Assembly (NCBI RefSeq): GCF_006345805.1
Contig: NC_043014.1
Span: 32,426,001-32,490,000 of the forward strand
Source of the DNA: Octopus sinensis
Lineage: Eukaryota
Length of the DNA stretch: 64,000 nucleotides
Reading direction: 5' to 3'
Shown: one piece after another, positions 39,832 through 52,944 of the stretch
Layout of the letters: the number at the start of each line of letters is the position of its first letter
Numbering within the stretch: the stretch's first letter is position 1
Program-made: the position numbers and the translations under genes
Notes under the pieces: generated by a model
Database searches by the model: none
What the model saw: the letters and a program-made list of their open reading frames with translations, nothing else
What the model was told of the DNA's origin: nothing

Positions 39832-39883
39832 CAACATCAAAAAATACCTTAGAAATGAGAACCCAGGTTCGAAGTTTCCCCAA

Positions 39884-39929
39884 GACACATGAAGAAGGCT
39901 GGAGGGTATATAAGCCGAAATGTTGTGTT
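39884..39929 (+). ncRNA. Minimal type I hammerhead ribozyme motif (C3A substitution in this copy)
   Basis: GACAC-AUGAAGA-A-GGCU(12 nt)AGCC-GAAA-UGUU/GUGUU. Stem I GACAC:GUGUU, stem II 4 bp, helix III A-U/U.G, GUU triplet. Confidence 0.8.
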
Positions 39930-40114
39930 AACAACAAACAAGATGAGGACAAATATCGTCAAATGTAAATAATGTAAATAATGTAAATAATGTGAGTTGA
40001 TAGATGTATAGTGTTAGTCTTCAAGAAAATGTGAGTGTAAATGAGTTGAACTGTTATAAGTATCAAACATCAAATCCTTACTGCATTGTCTCTGTTTTCT
40101 AAAACTTTTCATTG

Positions 40115-40460
40115 GCACAAGTGTGGCTGTGGGATAAGAAACTTTCTTCACAACCACATGGTTTCAGGCTCCGTCCCACTGCTTAGCACCTTGGGTAAGT
40201 GTCTTCTGCCCGACTAAAGAGTTGTGAGTGAATTTCGTAGATGGAAACTGGAAGAAGCCCATCATGTGTGTGTGTATCTTTGTGTCTGTGCTTGTCTCCT
40301 ACCACTGCTTGACAACCAGTGTTGGTGTGTTTACATCCCTGTAACTTAATGTTTCAGCAAAGAAGACTGGTAGAATAACAAATAAAAAGTTCTTGAATGT
40401 GATGCCCCAGTATGGCCACATTCTACTGATTAAAAGAAGTGAAAGGTAAGAGATAAAAGA
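40115..40460 (+). mobile_element. SINE family A (diverged)
   Basis: Head and body match. Confidence 0.8.
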
Positions 40461-40629
40461 TTGATTTTTACATCATTTGTTGTTTTTTAGATTTTAAACA
40501 CCTTGAGAGGGAGCTTTTATCTATTAAATGTTAGGCTGCTCCTGTTAACTGAAGTTATTCAAATCAACTATAACATATGTATGAGACCTTTTTGTATAGA
40601 TATTGTAAAAGAAACTGATTCTAAATTTT

Positions 40630-40835
40630 GGCAAAAGGCCAGCAATTTTGGGGTAGGGGGATAAGTTGATTACATCGACCCCAGTACTCAACTGGTACTT
40701 CTTATTTTATCAACCCGGAAAGGATGAAAGGCAAAGTCGACCTCGGCAGAATTTGAACTCAGAATGTAAAGATGGACAAAATACCGGTAAGCATTTTGCC
40801 CAGCATGCTAAAAATTCTGTCAGCCCACCACCTTA
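40630..40835 (-). mobile_element. SINE family C (GGATGAAAGGCAAAGTCGACCTCGGC..ATTTGAACTCAG core)
   Basis: Same core at 41465-41680, 48250-48490, 56030-56265, 60860-61050, 61920-62100 and 63020-63330. The 56.0 kb copy has a TTGTTCACATA TSD. Confidence 0.8.
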
Positions 40836-40865
40836 ATGATAATAATAATAATAATAATAATAATA

Positions 40866-40905
<40 letters not shown>

Positions 40906-41317
40906 TAATAATGATTATAATAATAAATAATTTTCAGTTCCAAAAAATGGAACTGAAAACTATTTAAGAATGATCCCTGGCTTACCATCCATGCAGGAAA
41001 TGCAAAAGATTGTCTTAACTGGTACATCACATGTGTTGAGAAGATCATTGTCGCTGTGGATTTTCTTTCCTTTGCCCCCTTTATTTTATTTGTTTACTTT
41101 TCTATTTTTCATGTTTTCCTTTTTCTTTCTGTCTTTTTTTCCTCTTTTCCTCTGTCACATGTCTCTGTAAATGAACAATCTGGTGTTTGTTTTAATGATC
41201 TACCAATATGTACAGGGCGTTTCTCTGCCCTGGGTGTCAGGAAGACACTCAGCAAGAAATGGAAACAGAATTGAAAGAAGATGCTAATGAAAATAATAAT
41301 AATAATAATAATAATAA

Positions 41318-41348
<31 letters not shown>

Positions 41349-42049
41349 AAGAGGAGGAGGAAGAGGAGGGGAGGAGGGGAGAAGAAGAAGAAGAAGAAGA
41401 GGAGGAAGAGGAGGGGAGGGGGGAGAAGAAGAAGGAGAAGAAGAAGAAGAAGAAGAATCCTCTCTACTAAAGGCTCAAGGCCTGAAATTTAGCAAGAGGG
41501 AGTTAGTCAATTACATTGACCCCAGTGTTTCACTGGTATTTAATTTATCAACCCTGAAAAGATGAAAAGCAAAGTCAACCTCAGCAGAATTTGAACTCAG
41601 AATGTAGCAACAAGCAAAATACTGCTAAACATTTATCTCAGCATGCTTAATGATTCTGCCAGCTTGCCGCTGACTTAATAACAATAATAATGGTGGTTTC
41701 AAATTTTGCCACAAGGGCAGTAGTTTTGGGGGACGAGATGCTAACAATTCTACCATCTTGCTACCTTTAGTAAGTGTCTTTGTAAAAGACTCTGGAAGAT
41801 GTATACAGGAAGCATGACAATTTTGGTAGTAAGGTATTTTCGAACATGGCTGATACCTGTGAGTGAAAAATGTAATGAGGTGTTGGTAATAGTTCTGTTG
41901 CAAAGACAGATTGGGAAAGACATTGATAGATGTCGCTAGAACCTTCTTGAATATAATTGTAACTCATTGGTGAACATGATGGAGTATCAAGATGCATGGA
42001 GACATCTTGTATACTTGCAAATTTGCAAACCAATCCAACCTATACCTCT

Positions 42050-42080
42050 GATGAAGATTGTGATACTGATGATGATGATG

Positions 42081-42111
<31 letters not shown>

Positions 42112-42799
42112 GGTGATGACGATGATGATGATGATGATGATGATGATGGTGGTGGTGGGGGTGGGGGGTGGTGGTGGTGGTGGTGGTGGTGATGATGATG
42201 ATGGTGATGATGATGAAGACAATGACAATGATGGTGATGATGATGACAAAAAGGAAGATGACATTGAAAACAACAACTGCAACAACAATGATGATGATGA
42301 TGATGATGATGACAATTAGGATGATGGGAATAATAATAGGTATAATTATGTTGGTGGAAGTATTGACATCTTATATGGCAGTGATGGTCATGTTGATGGT
42401 GCTAGAATTCTTGATGATTCAGTGGAGATGGCTTAGCAGTAGTGGTGATGTCAGTGATGTTGGTGATGATGGTGGTGGTGGTGGTGCTGCTGGTGCTGCT
42501 GCTGCTGATGATGATGAGATGGCATGGATTGGTCATAGAGTTTGTAATGGTTTTAGTATTGGTGTTGGTAGCAGTCAAGTTTATGATTACGATGTTGATG
42601 ATGATGATGGTGATGATGACAATGATGACATTGATGATGATGGTGGTGGTAGTGGTAGTGGTGGTAGTGTTGGTGGTGGTAGTGATGGTGATGGTGGTGG
42701 TGGTGGTGGTGGCCATCATCGTCGTTGTTGTTGTCATAGTCATCATAGTGATAATAATGATGATGATGATGGTGGTGGTAGTAGTGATGATGATGATGG

Positions 42800-42854
<55 letters not shown>

Positions 42855-43000
42855 GGTGGTGGTGACGATGATGATGATGATGATGATGAAAATGACAATG
42901 ACAACGACGACAATGATGATGATGATGATGATGATATATTTATTGGTCCCCTGGCTTGGCTCAACTCATTTACAGACTGACTGAAAGGAATTTTTATAAA
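42050..43000. repeat. Compound (GAT)n/(GGT)n low-complexity field
   Basis: Alternating triplet runs that give poly-D/G/M/V ORFs in several frames; similar fields at 8930-9450, 44110-44340 and 55170-55460. Confidence 0.95.
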
Positions 43001-44243
43001 TGTTTCTTTAAAGCAACTGAAGCTGCTACATACAGATCTATCTAATCATTCTATATATGCTTGCCTGTCTTTACCATACCACCGCCAACACTACCACCAC
43101 CAACGCCACCACCACCACCACCACCATCGACCAAAGTCCACCACCAACCAACCAAGGACCACTCTGCAATAAATCTCTGAAGCCAACTAATTATATCACT
43201 GACTTGAACAGCCAGCCAAGCTTTGCAATGAAAGATTTATGGCATGTAGCTTACAGTGGAGTTGTCTCCCTTGTGAGTTCTCACCAAAGTAAGGCAAGAA
43301 TGTCATAAACTGTATTTTATATTCTGAAAATGACAAAGACACCATGTTCACATAATTTAGCCAAACTATTCACAGAATTTATTATACCAACAATCTGTTA
43401 TTTATATATTTTTTCCCTTCTCTTTTTCATTTTCTCTGTACCTTCTTTTCTTTCTGCACTTATTATTATTATTATTATTATTATTATTTTTTCCTTTGGT
43501 TTTCTTTCTAGTTTTTCCTTCGTTCTTTTTATTCCATGTTTTGTCCTTCATTTCTTTCCATCTTTTTCATCTGGTTTGTCTTTCTCTTTCTTCCGTTTCA
43601 TTCTGATATTAATCTATTTACTTAACTTATTTATGTATTTTTCTGATTTATTTATTGTTACTTTCATTTCTTTTGTTTTGTTTAGTTTTTCTTTTTTTTG
43701 GTGAGAGATTTTTTTTTGTTCTTTGATTTATTTGTTTCTTTATTCTATTTGTATTGTTGATGTCAGTGTTGTTACTCTACTTGTTGTTGTTGTTGCTGCT
43801 GTTCTTTGGGTTTTTTTTCCTCCAGTTGTTGTTTTCTCCAGCCTTTATGAGGTCTTCTGTATCATTTGTCAGGCAACTTGATATCCTCTTCTCATTCCAA
43901 CAAATGAATGAATGGACGAAAAAAGAGGAGGGGAAGGAGGAGGAGGACATAGAAGAGGAACTGTCAAGACTATCACCACTACCACCCTTACTGCTACCAC
44001 CATTACCATCAAAACTACCCTCACCCTTCTACTCCAATGCAGTCACCATACCTCTCACTTCCAACTTATTTACCTCATATTTTCTCTCTCACTAATCTGC
44101 CCACTGTATGATGCTAAATGATGACGATGATGATAACACTGATAATTATGACAATGACGATGATGATGATGATCATCATCATCATCATCATCATCATCAT
44201 TATCATCCTCATCATGGCAACACAGATAATGACAATGATGAAA

Positions 44244-44274
<31 letters not shown>

Positions 44275-44553
44275 CGATGATGATGATGAGGGTGATGGTG
44301 ATGATGATGATGGTGATGATGATGACGATGATGACCATCCAGTGTGTGTATCCAAGCTCTAAAAATGAAATTTGTTTGATAACAGTTATTTCAGTTTCCT
44401 ACCAATCAAAAGCACTGAAGTTACACACACAGACACACACACGCACGCACACACACAAACACACACACACTTTGTCATACTTGGAGATGGTAATATTTTA
44501 TGAATTAAACACACACACACACTATATATTTGGTCTTTACTTTAGCTTTATTA

Positions 44554-44603
<50 letters not shown>

Positions 44604-44939
44604 GTTTCTTCATCAAATTCCTTTCATCACACATCCTGTGACCTCTTCAGTGACAATCTATTGCATGTGTCTCTTCTTATTCTGCGTATTCCATTTTCCC
44701 AGTTTAATTGGCAAAATATAACCATCCCCAAGTATCACAATATTTGTTTCAATACACAATTTCAGCTCAAGAATCTTGCAAAACAAATGCACAAATGTAC
44801 TATGAAATGGGGTTTCTTTGAACACCGAAGTAACTTTGAACAAAATATATTTTGTTTCCTTGTATTGCATGTTACTAAAATCTCTTACAGAACTGTTTAA
44901 ATGTATTGTTAGACTTTAGAATTATATTTATATGATACT

Positions 44940-45345
44940 CTTTTTACTTGTTTCAGTCATTTGACTGTGGCCATGCTGGAGCACCACTTTTAGTTGAGTA
45001 AATCGACCCCGCAGCTTATTCTTTGTAAGCCTAGTACTTATTCTATCTGTCTCTTTTGCTGAACTGCTAAGTTACAGGGACGTAAACACACCAGCATCGG
45101 TTGTCAAGCGATGTTGGGGGGACAAACACAGAGACACAAACATATACACACACACGTGCATATATATATATATATATATGTATGACGGGCTTCTTTCAGT
45201 TTCCATCTACTAAATCCACTCACAAGGCTTTGTTGGTCCGAGGCTATAGTAGAAAACACTTGCCCAAGGTGCCATGTAGTGGGACTGAACCCAGAACCAT
45301 GTGGTTGGTAAGCAAGCTACTTACCACATAGCCACTCCTATGCCT
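44940..45345 (-). mobile_element. SINE family A
   Basis: Full reverse copy. Confidence 0.92.
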
Positions 45346-45636
45346 ATATATATAGGCATAGTAAAATTTGTAAATATAACTTTGATTATCCACTCAAAGA
45401 AAGAATTTGTCAACTTCTTCAAATTCCAGCAAAACAAAAATTTTTGCCAGATATGAATACTTTTGTCAGTAGCTAAAGCACTTCTTGCATAAAAGATACA
45501 AGCTTTTTTTAAAATATGATGTTAATATAACTAGTTAATAATTTTTTATTGAAGTGTTTTTATAACTTTGGTATCTTTGTAAAAACTTGCATAACATGAC
45601 ATGTTCCACCCCACACCCCCGACTTTGATTATCCAG

Positions 45637-46415
45637 CAGGGTTACTTTGAATGCCTTTCAAAGTAACCCCAATCACTGTTTCCAGCAGTAAGCAAGCTGC
45701 TACTATGGTTCAAACTAATAGATTTTTAAATGTTTTTCCTATTTATGGATAATATTTCACCCTTTGAACTAATGAGGTGTAACCCCAAATTTATCCCTTT
45801 TTTTATTATGGCTTGATAACTTGAATAAATTTTTTTTTCTGTTGCAAAGTCTAATTCTTTAAACCATATTCTGCTTTTCTTTTTAGGATCAACTTGTAGT
45901 TTGGATCAAGATTAGCATTAACCAGATAGTCATGCCAAGAATTTATAATAGAAAATCTGGCTCTTGAAACTATAAATCCTATAGCTGAAAGAGGCTGGAT
46001 AAAGCAGTGACAGATATTAAAGCAAAGAAAATTACCCTTCGGAAAGCCAGTGTTGTTTATAAAATTCCAGTTGGAACTCTGAGCCAAAGATTGAACAATA
46101 AGCATAGCAGGCAACCTGGTCACCCTTCAGTGTTCAGTGAAAAAGAAGCAGCGTTTGTTGCTCACATTACAGCTGTTGCAGAATGGGGGTTTCCATTTGA
46201 TGCTATGGATTTGAGAGTGCTTGCCCATAAGAAAAAAAACATTACAGTTCAAAGTAACCTCAAATCAGGGGTTGCTTTGAACGGCAACAATGATATATAA
46301 AAAAGTAATCAAATATTGACTGCAACTTATTTGTATTTTATATATCCAATTACCTTTTTAGTTAAGATTGAAAAAAAGGTGATGAAATCATTGCAATGAT
46401 TTCAAAGTAACCCTG
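45637..46415 (+). mobile_element. Internally deleted pogo/Tigger-like DNA transposon (HTH_psq plus start of CENP-B-type HTH)
   Basis: DKAVTDIKAKKITLRKASVVYKIPVGTLSQRL...GHPSVFSEKE...AEWGFPFDAMDLRVLA. Perfect 15-bp inverted motif CAGGGTTACTTTGAA at 45637-45651 and 46401-46415. Confidence 0.85.
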
Positions 46416-46648
46416 TTTTGTGGTATATATTTTGTCTTTAACTTGTTTCAGAGCCTGGAATGCAACACTGTTGGGGTGTCACCTTGACTGCAGTACTTAT
46501 TTTTTCTTTATCTAAGTCTAGTGCTTATTCTATTGGTTTCTCTTGACAACCTGCTAAGTTATGGGGAGTAAACAAACCAGCACCAGGTATCTAGTGGTGG
46601 GGACAAACACAAAGGCACGCACAGATAGTTACATATGTATGTGTGTGC

Positions 46649-46689
<41 letters not shown>

Positions 46690-46691
<2 letters not shown>

Positions 46692-47108
46692 CTAGCTATG
46701 CTGATGGCACAAAATTATCACAGGCATTAAAAAAATCAAGATGATATCACAAACTTACAGTGGGACTGAATTCCATATATAAGTGGGCCGAAATAAACAA
46801 CATGCAGCTTAATGCTGAAAATTTTCAAGTACTGCACTATCATCTCACGAATGCACTACCACCTGCATACACAGGATCTGAAGGCACTATAATCCCAGAG
46901 TCACAGGCAGTAAAAGACTTGGGGATCAGTATGTACAATGACACATCATTTTATATGCACATAACCAAGATGGCAGCAAAGCACAGACAACTGGCAGGAT
47001 TGATACTGAGGTCCTTCAAGGCAAGAGACCAAGAAACTATGTTTTCAGCCACCTGGACTACTGCTCCCAGTAATGGTCACCACATAGTGCCAAACTAACA
47101 GCAGAACT
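46690..47108 (+). mobile_element. CR1/L2-type LINE RT fragment (same family as 11913-12800)
   Basis: YADGTKL (YADD-derived) ... YKWAEINNMQLNAENFQ ... VKDLGI ... LDYC. Confidence 0.88.
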
Positions 47109-47730
47109 ATATTGTATATATATATACAATATATTTATATTTATATTTATATACACGCAAGTAGTGAGGATTTAAATTTCCTCGTATGGGGTTATTTATA
47201 ACAATCCGGATACCAACTTGTATTATCAAATATATTGAAAGAAAATTTCCAAAATATATATGTATAAACAGTTCATTAATGTGTAAAGTTAATAAAAGAA
47301 AATGGAGAAGAAAAAATATGTAGTGGTTACTTGGTTACATTTATTAGTATCAGAATGAAAAAGTAATACCTTTAAGATTTAGGATATAAAGGGACCAGAT
47401 CAAGAACAGAAATAATCAAAAAAATAACCAAACAAATCCTACATATGTTTCAATCTGGCTTAAGGTTTGAATTATCAGCATTCAAGCAATTTTATATGTA
47501 AAAAAAACCCACATTTAGTTGGATATCTTCAGGGATAATTCAAACCTAATGCTGGATTGAAACATATGTAGGATTTTTTGTGGGGGTTATTTCTTTGATT
47601 ATTTCTGTTCTTGACCAGGTCCCCTTATATCCTGAATCTTATAGGTATTATTTTTTCATTGTGATACTAATAATGTAATCAAGTATCCACTACATATTTT
47701 TTCTTCTCCATTTACTTTTATTAATTTTAT
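47109..47730. mobile_element. PLE-type element with about 190-bp inverted arms
   Basis: Arms 47289-47476 and 47534-47724 are reverse complements. The 57-bp loop has CUGAAGA plus stem II on the minus strand. PLE assignment is inferred. Confidence 0.65.
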
Positions 47731-48539
47731 TTATATATATCAGGTCATCCCATAAGTTCTGTCCAAATTTTGAATAAAGAAAACATGTAATCAAATGTTA
47801 TATTTAATTGAAATTTAATTATCAATGTACTTTCCCTGATTATTTATGACTTCCTTCCATCTATTTACAAGTTTTTTAATCCCATCAATGCAAAATTCTT
47901 TCAAAACGAAGAACTCTGAAAGTTACTTACCACACAGCCACTCCTGATATTAACATTCTACATAGTTGTTTGACACAGTAGAAATGACAGCCCAAATCTC
48001 ACCAAACTAATTTCTACTATTTTAAAGAGAACACATGGGTACACTAAATTTGCAAAGAAAAAAAGAACAATATTTTCCTTTTGTTCTTTCATTCTTTTAT
48101 TTGTTTCAGTCAATTAACTTCAGCCATGCTGGACCACTACCCTAAAGTATTTTAGTCAAAGAAATCGACCCCAGGACTTCTTCTTTGTAAGCTTAGTACT
48201 TATTCTATCAATTAAAAATAGATATAATATCATTAAATATAGATTTAATACCATAATGGTTTCTAATTAAGGCATAAGGCCAATAAATTTGAGGGGAGGT
48301 GATAAGTTGATATTACCAACCCCCAATACATGACTGGTGCTTTCTTTTGTCAACCCTGAAAAGATGAAAGGCAAAGCTGACTTCAGCAGGATTTGAACTC
48401 AGAACAGAACATAAAGAGCCAGAAAAAATATGACAAGCATTCTTTTTGAACCTTCTAATGATTATGCTAATCCACTGTTCTTGGAGTTAAATATAATAAT
48501 AATAATAATAAAAGTATCAATAATAGTAATAGTAAAAGC

Positions 48540-48571
<32 letters not shown>

Positions 48572-48991
48572 TGATGATGATGATGATAATGATAACAGTG
48601 GGAAAATAGAGTGTTTTTAAAAGTTGTTTACTCCAACATTTTCGCTCGAGTTAAAAAGGAAATGCTTTGGAAAACAACAACAAAAAACTTGGAGCAAACA
48701 ACTGTTGAAACCGATTCTTCAACTCTTATTATTCTCTCTCTCTCTCTCGTTCCCTCTTTCTCACTCTCCCTCTCACTCTTTTTCTATTTATCCATCTATC
48801 TGCCTGTCTGTCTATCTAGAAATATACGCATGTATATAGGTATAAATATAGATATAGATATATAGAAATATGGATATTATACATATATACTGTATGCATG
48901 TATGCCTATATGTGCATATATATATATATATATATGCATATACATGCATACAAACATGCTATCATTATCATTATCATCATCATCTTCGTCG

Positions 48992-49023
<32 letters not shown>

Positions 49024-49036
49024 TTCCTCATCGTCG

Positions 49037-49068
<32 letters not shown>

Positions 49069-49339
49069 GTTATTTATAAGTAGGGTGTATATCAAATTGC
49101 TGGCTCTATTAACAGCTCCAGGAAGTGTCGTGTTTTATATAAGACAAAGATGAATCATTCACAGCTGATTACAGATAATTTCATATTCAATATCGTATAT
49201 CATTTGAAATCACATAATATCAAGCGTGTTTTTATTGAATATCAATGTGATATATTGCAGTCCTTCTTTCCCTCCTCCCCATTGTAAACATGTCATATCC
49301 CTGTGTACCATGCAAACAATAATTTATCTGATATAGCTT

Positions 49340-50290
49340 TTCAAACATATTATAGAGATACGTGCGTGTGTGTGTGCATGTGCGTGTGTGTGTCCATGTG
49401 TGTGTGTGTGTGTGCATGCATGTGTGTGTATGTGTGTGTATGTATGCATGTGTGTATGTACGCATGTGTGTATGTATGCATGTGTGTATGTATGCATGTG
49501 TGTATGCATGTGTGCACACACACATGTGTGAGTGTGTATGGGTGCATGTATGTGTGCATGTCTGTGTGTTCATGTGTGTGTGTGTGTGAACTTGTACATT
49601 GGTGAATGTGTTTATGCATATGAAAGTTTCAATAAATATACGTGTTTGTATTTGTGCGTCTATGAATGTGTGTGTGTGCGAATGTGTGTGTATGTGTCTC
49701 TGTGTTTGTACATTAGAGACTGTTTGGTTGTATGTGTGTGTATGAGTGTGTGTGTGTTTGTGTTTAGTACATTAATGGCTGTGTACATTAATGGGTGTGT
49801 TTGTGCATGTGTGTGTAAACATGTGTATGCATGTATATGTGTATGTGTGCATATGTATGTGTGTGTGTGCGTATGCATGAGTTCATGTGTTTGTGTGTAT
49901 GTGTGACTGTATACTTAGCTGTATATATATATGTGTATGTATGTTCACATATATGTATGTCTGAGTTTTGGTTCGCATGTGTCTACACATGTAAGTTTAT
50001 GTGTGTGTATGTGTGTGTGTGTGTGTGCGCGTGTGTGTGTGTCTGTGTAAGTATACATTTGTGGGTGTCTGCACTTCTTTGAATGCACATGTACATGTGT
50101 AAAGAACTTGGTGAATGTTAAAATCTGTTCATCTGTAGACGTCTGTTTCTGTGTGGGAGTGTGTGTGTACCTGTATATGTGTGCATGATGTGTATAATAA
50201 TGCATATGTGTATGCGTATCTTGTGGCAGCATAGATGTGTGTGTGTCATGCACATACGTATAAGTGCATGGTTGTGCATGTGAGTATGTG

Positions 50291-50323
<33 letters not shown>

Positions 50324-50920
50324 CCTACACACACATGTATATATATACGTATGTGTATGTATATATTTATATGTATATGCATATGCATGCATGAATGTAT
50401 GTGTATATGTATATGTGTATGTGTGCATACATGTATATATATACGTATGTGTATGTATATATTTATATGTATGTATGCATGTATGTGTGTATGTATATAT
50501 TTATATGTATGTATGCATGTATGTATGTACGTACATACGTATGTTTGTATGTATGTATGTATGTATGTATATATATATATGTACGTATGTATGTATGTAT
50601 GTATGTATGTATGTATGTATGTATGTCAGAGTGGTATATGTTTGAGTGTCCTTGTGATATGTGCATACATGTATTTGTGCCACAAGTGTATGTGTGCATA
50701 CATGTATATATATATACATGTATGTACATATGTATGTAGAACGTGTATGTATATATGTGTGTGTCTATGCATGTTTTGCATATGCGTAAGTGTATGCACG
50801 AATTTGTGCAAGTGTATGTACATGTGTTTGTGTACGTGTATGAGAAATGGTGAGGTGGAAAATCGGATGGGGGGATCAATATTTGACATATTTGCTTGTC
50901 TGTAAGCATGTATGTGTGTG

Positions 50921-50954
<34 letters not shown>

Positions 50955-51204
50955 CATGTGTGCTGTATAATGTCAGTAGAAGAAAGATGTGTTTAGGTTT
51001 GTGTGTGTGTAAGTGTGCTGGTGTGTGTGAAAGTGTGTATGCATTTGTGTATATATATGTGTGTGTGCTTATTCTTGTGTAAACATGATATATATTACAT
51101 AAATATATATCATTCATACTCTTACATATACACACATAATTACACATACATATGTGTGTGTGTATATATATATATGCATATGTAAATGTAGGCACCTATA
51201 TACG

Positions 51205-51254
<50 letters not shown>

Positions 51255-51538
51255 TACACACACACACATGCCCATATACATGCATATGTATAATTATGTA
51301 TGTATATATGTATCATATCATATATATATACATGCATACACACACACATATATATATGTATAAAATTTGCTATGCATGTTACTAATACATAAATATCTAT
51401 ACCAGTATCACTATAGGAATCTATGTGTCTATTCGTGTGCATATATGAAATATAAATTTATGCATATATATCTATGTATATATGTATGATCGTATGTATT
51501 TATATATATATATGTGCAATTATATATATATATATACT

Positions 51539-51588
<50 letters not shown>

Positions 51589-51700
51589 TGTATATACAAT
51601 TATAAATATATGGTTGTGTATACATATATGCATAAATGTGATTATATGTGCATATATAAATGTGTGTAAGTATGCATATATGTATTTATAATGATATCAG
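49340..51700. repeat. About 2.4-kb degenerate (TG)/(TA)/(TATG) microsatellite field
   Basis: Continuous alternating purine-pyrimidine repeats; source of the many C/V/Y/M ORFs. Confidence 0.95.
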
Positions 51701-51938
51701 CAAATGATAGATGAGAACCTTCAAAATTATTATCAAATGTAATGGCAATAAATATTATAATATTGTATCAATAGAAATATAATATAGAACAAGAACGACA
51801 ACAACAACAACGATGATGATGATGATGATGATGATGATGATAATAATAATAATAATAATAATAACACCAACAAAAACATCAATACCTACAACAACAGCAA
51901 CAACAACAGCAATAATAATAATAATAAAAATGATGATG

Positions 51939-51989
<51 letters not shown>

Positions 51990-52944
51990 GTAATAATAAA
52001 GATGAAACTATAATATGATATTAAATGGTCTATTATGTAATAAAATTATTATCAAATGCTATAGTCAAGTGGTATTATAAACTAGCAATTGTATATAGTA
52101 TATCACATTAGCATGAGATGACAGTAAATTCTAGATTTGAGGAATCATAAACTGTTTGAATATTATTAATTATCCTATTTGTATTCTGAGCAAATTCATG
52201 AAATAATGCTTTACTCTGAAGCACAGCAATGATTCTTGTCATATCCCCCACATTGTTTGTGTCTATCTGTTTAGCTATTGAGAACATGTCCTGTCCATTT
52301 ATCTTGTTTCATATAATCGTTTAACATCCAGTTTTCCATGTTTGCGTGGCTCAAAAGGAATGTGTTGCGGTCAGGTTTTTTCTATGTCTTGATGCCCTTC
52401 CTGGTTTTTGCAAGCTCTTAATGTCTGGCTACGAGGCCAGATATGTGTCTTTTTGTCTTTTTTTTTTTTTTGAAGAAAGACTGGAAACAAACAAATAATA
52501 TCGCTTGTATGATGGTGATGTTCGTCTACAATCATCAAAAGATGTCAAGGTAAGGATACATGCATGTGCACTCACACACACACACACACACACTCATACA
52601 TACAAAGTGTGTATGTGTGTGTGTTGTGTAAATATAACGTCATTATCATCATCATCATCAACATTATCTTCATCATCATCATCAACATCATCAACATCAT
52701 CTTCATCATTTAACATCTATTTCCCATGCTGGCATGGGTCTTGTTTTCTACAGCTGGATGCCCTTCCTAATGCCAACCACTCTTTACAGAGTGTATTGCA
52801 TGCTTTTTATGTGGCACCATTACCAATGCCTTTTAAGTGACACCAGCTCTCATACTAGTGCATTTTATATGGCACCTGGATTTTATGATTTCAAATCTGT
52901 TGTAGCACTTCTTTATGCAGCTGTCCTCATCTATATATAAATGT

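Larger units (their letters stand above)
39604..40005 (+). mobile_element. tRNA-headed, hammerhead-bearing non-autonomous retroelement with inverted tail and 10-bp TSD
   Basis: TSD GTTGATAGAT (39604-39613 and 39996-40005); 20-bp inverted repeat 39655-39674 vs 39957-39976 (19/20); A box 39681-39691; B box 39724-39735; (TAA)n; HHR 39884-39929. Confidence 0.85.

Noticed and set aside
43826-44000. Strong plus-strand acceptor followed by an open frame (MRSSVSFVRQLDILF...)
   Set aside because: The pyrimidine tract is part of a 400-bp T-rich low-complexity field, the frame runs into GA/CCA repeats, and no donor is evident.
44658-44870. 70-aa minus ORF (KVTSVFKETPFHSTF...)
   Set aside because: No domain similarity and weak splice signals; the length is compatible with chance.
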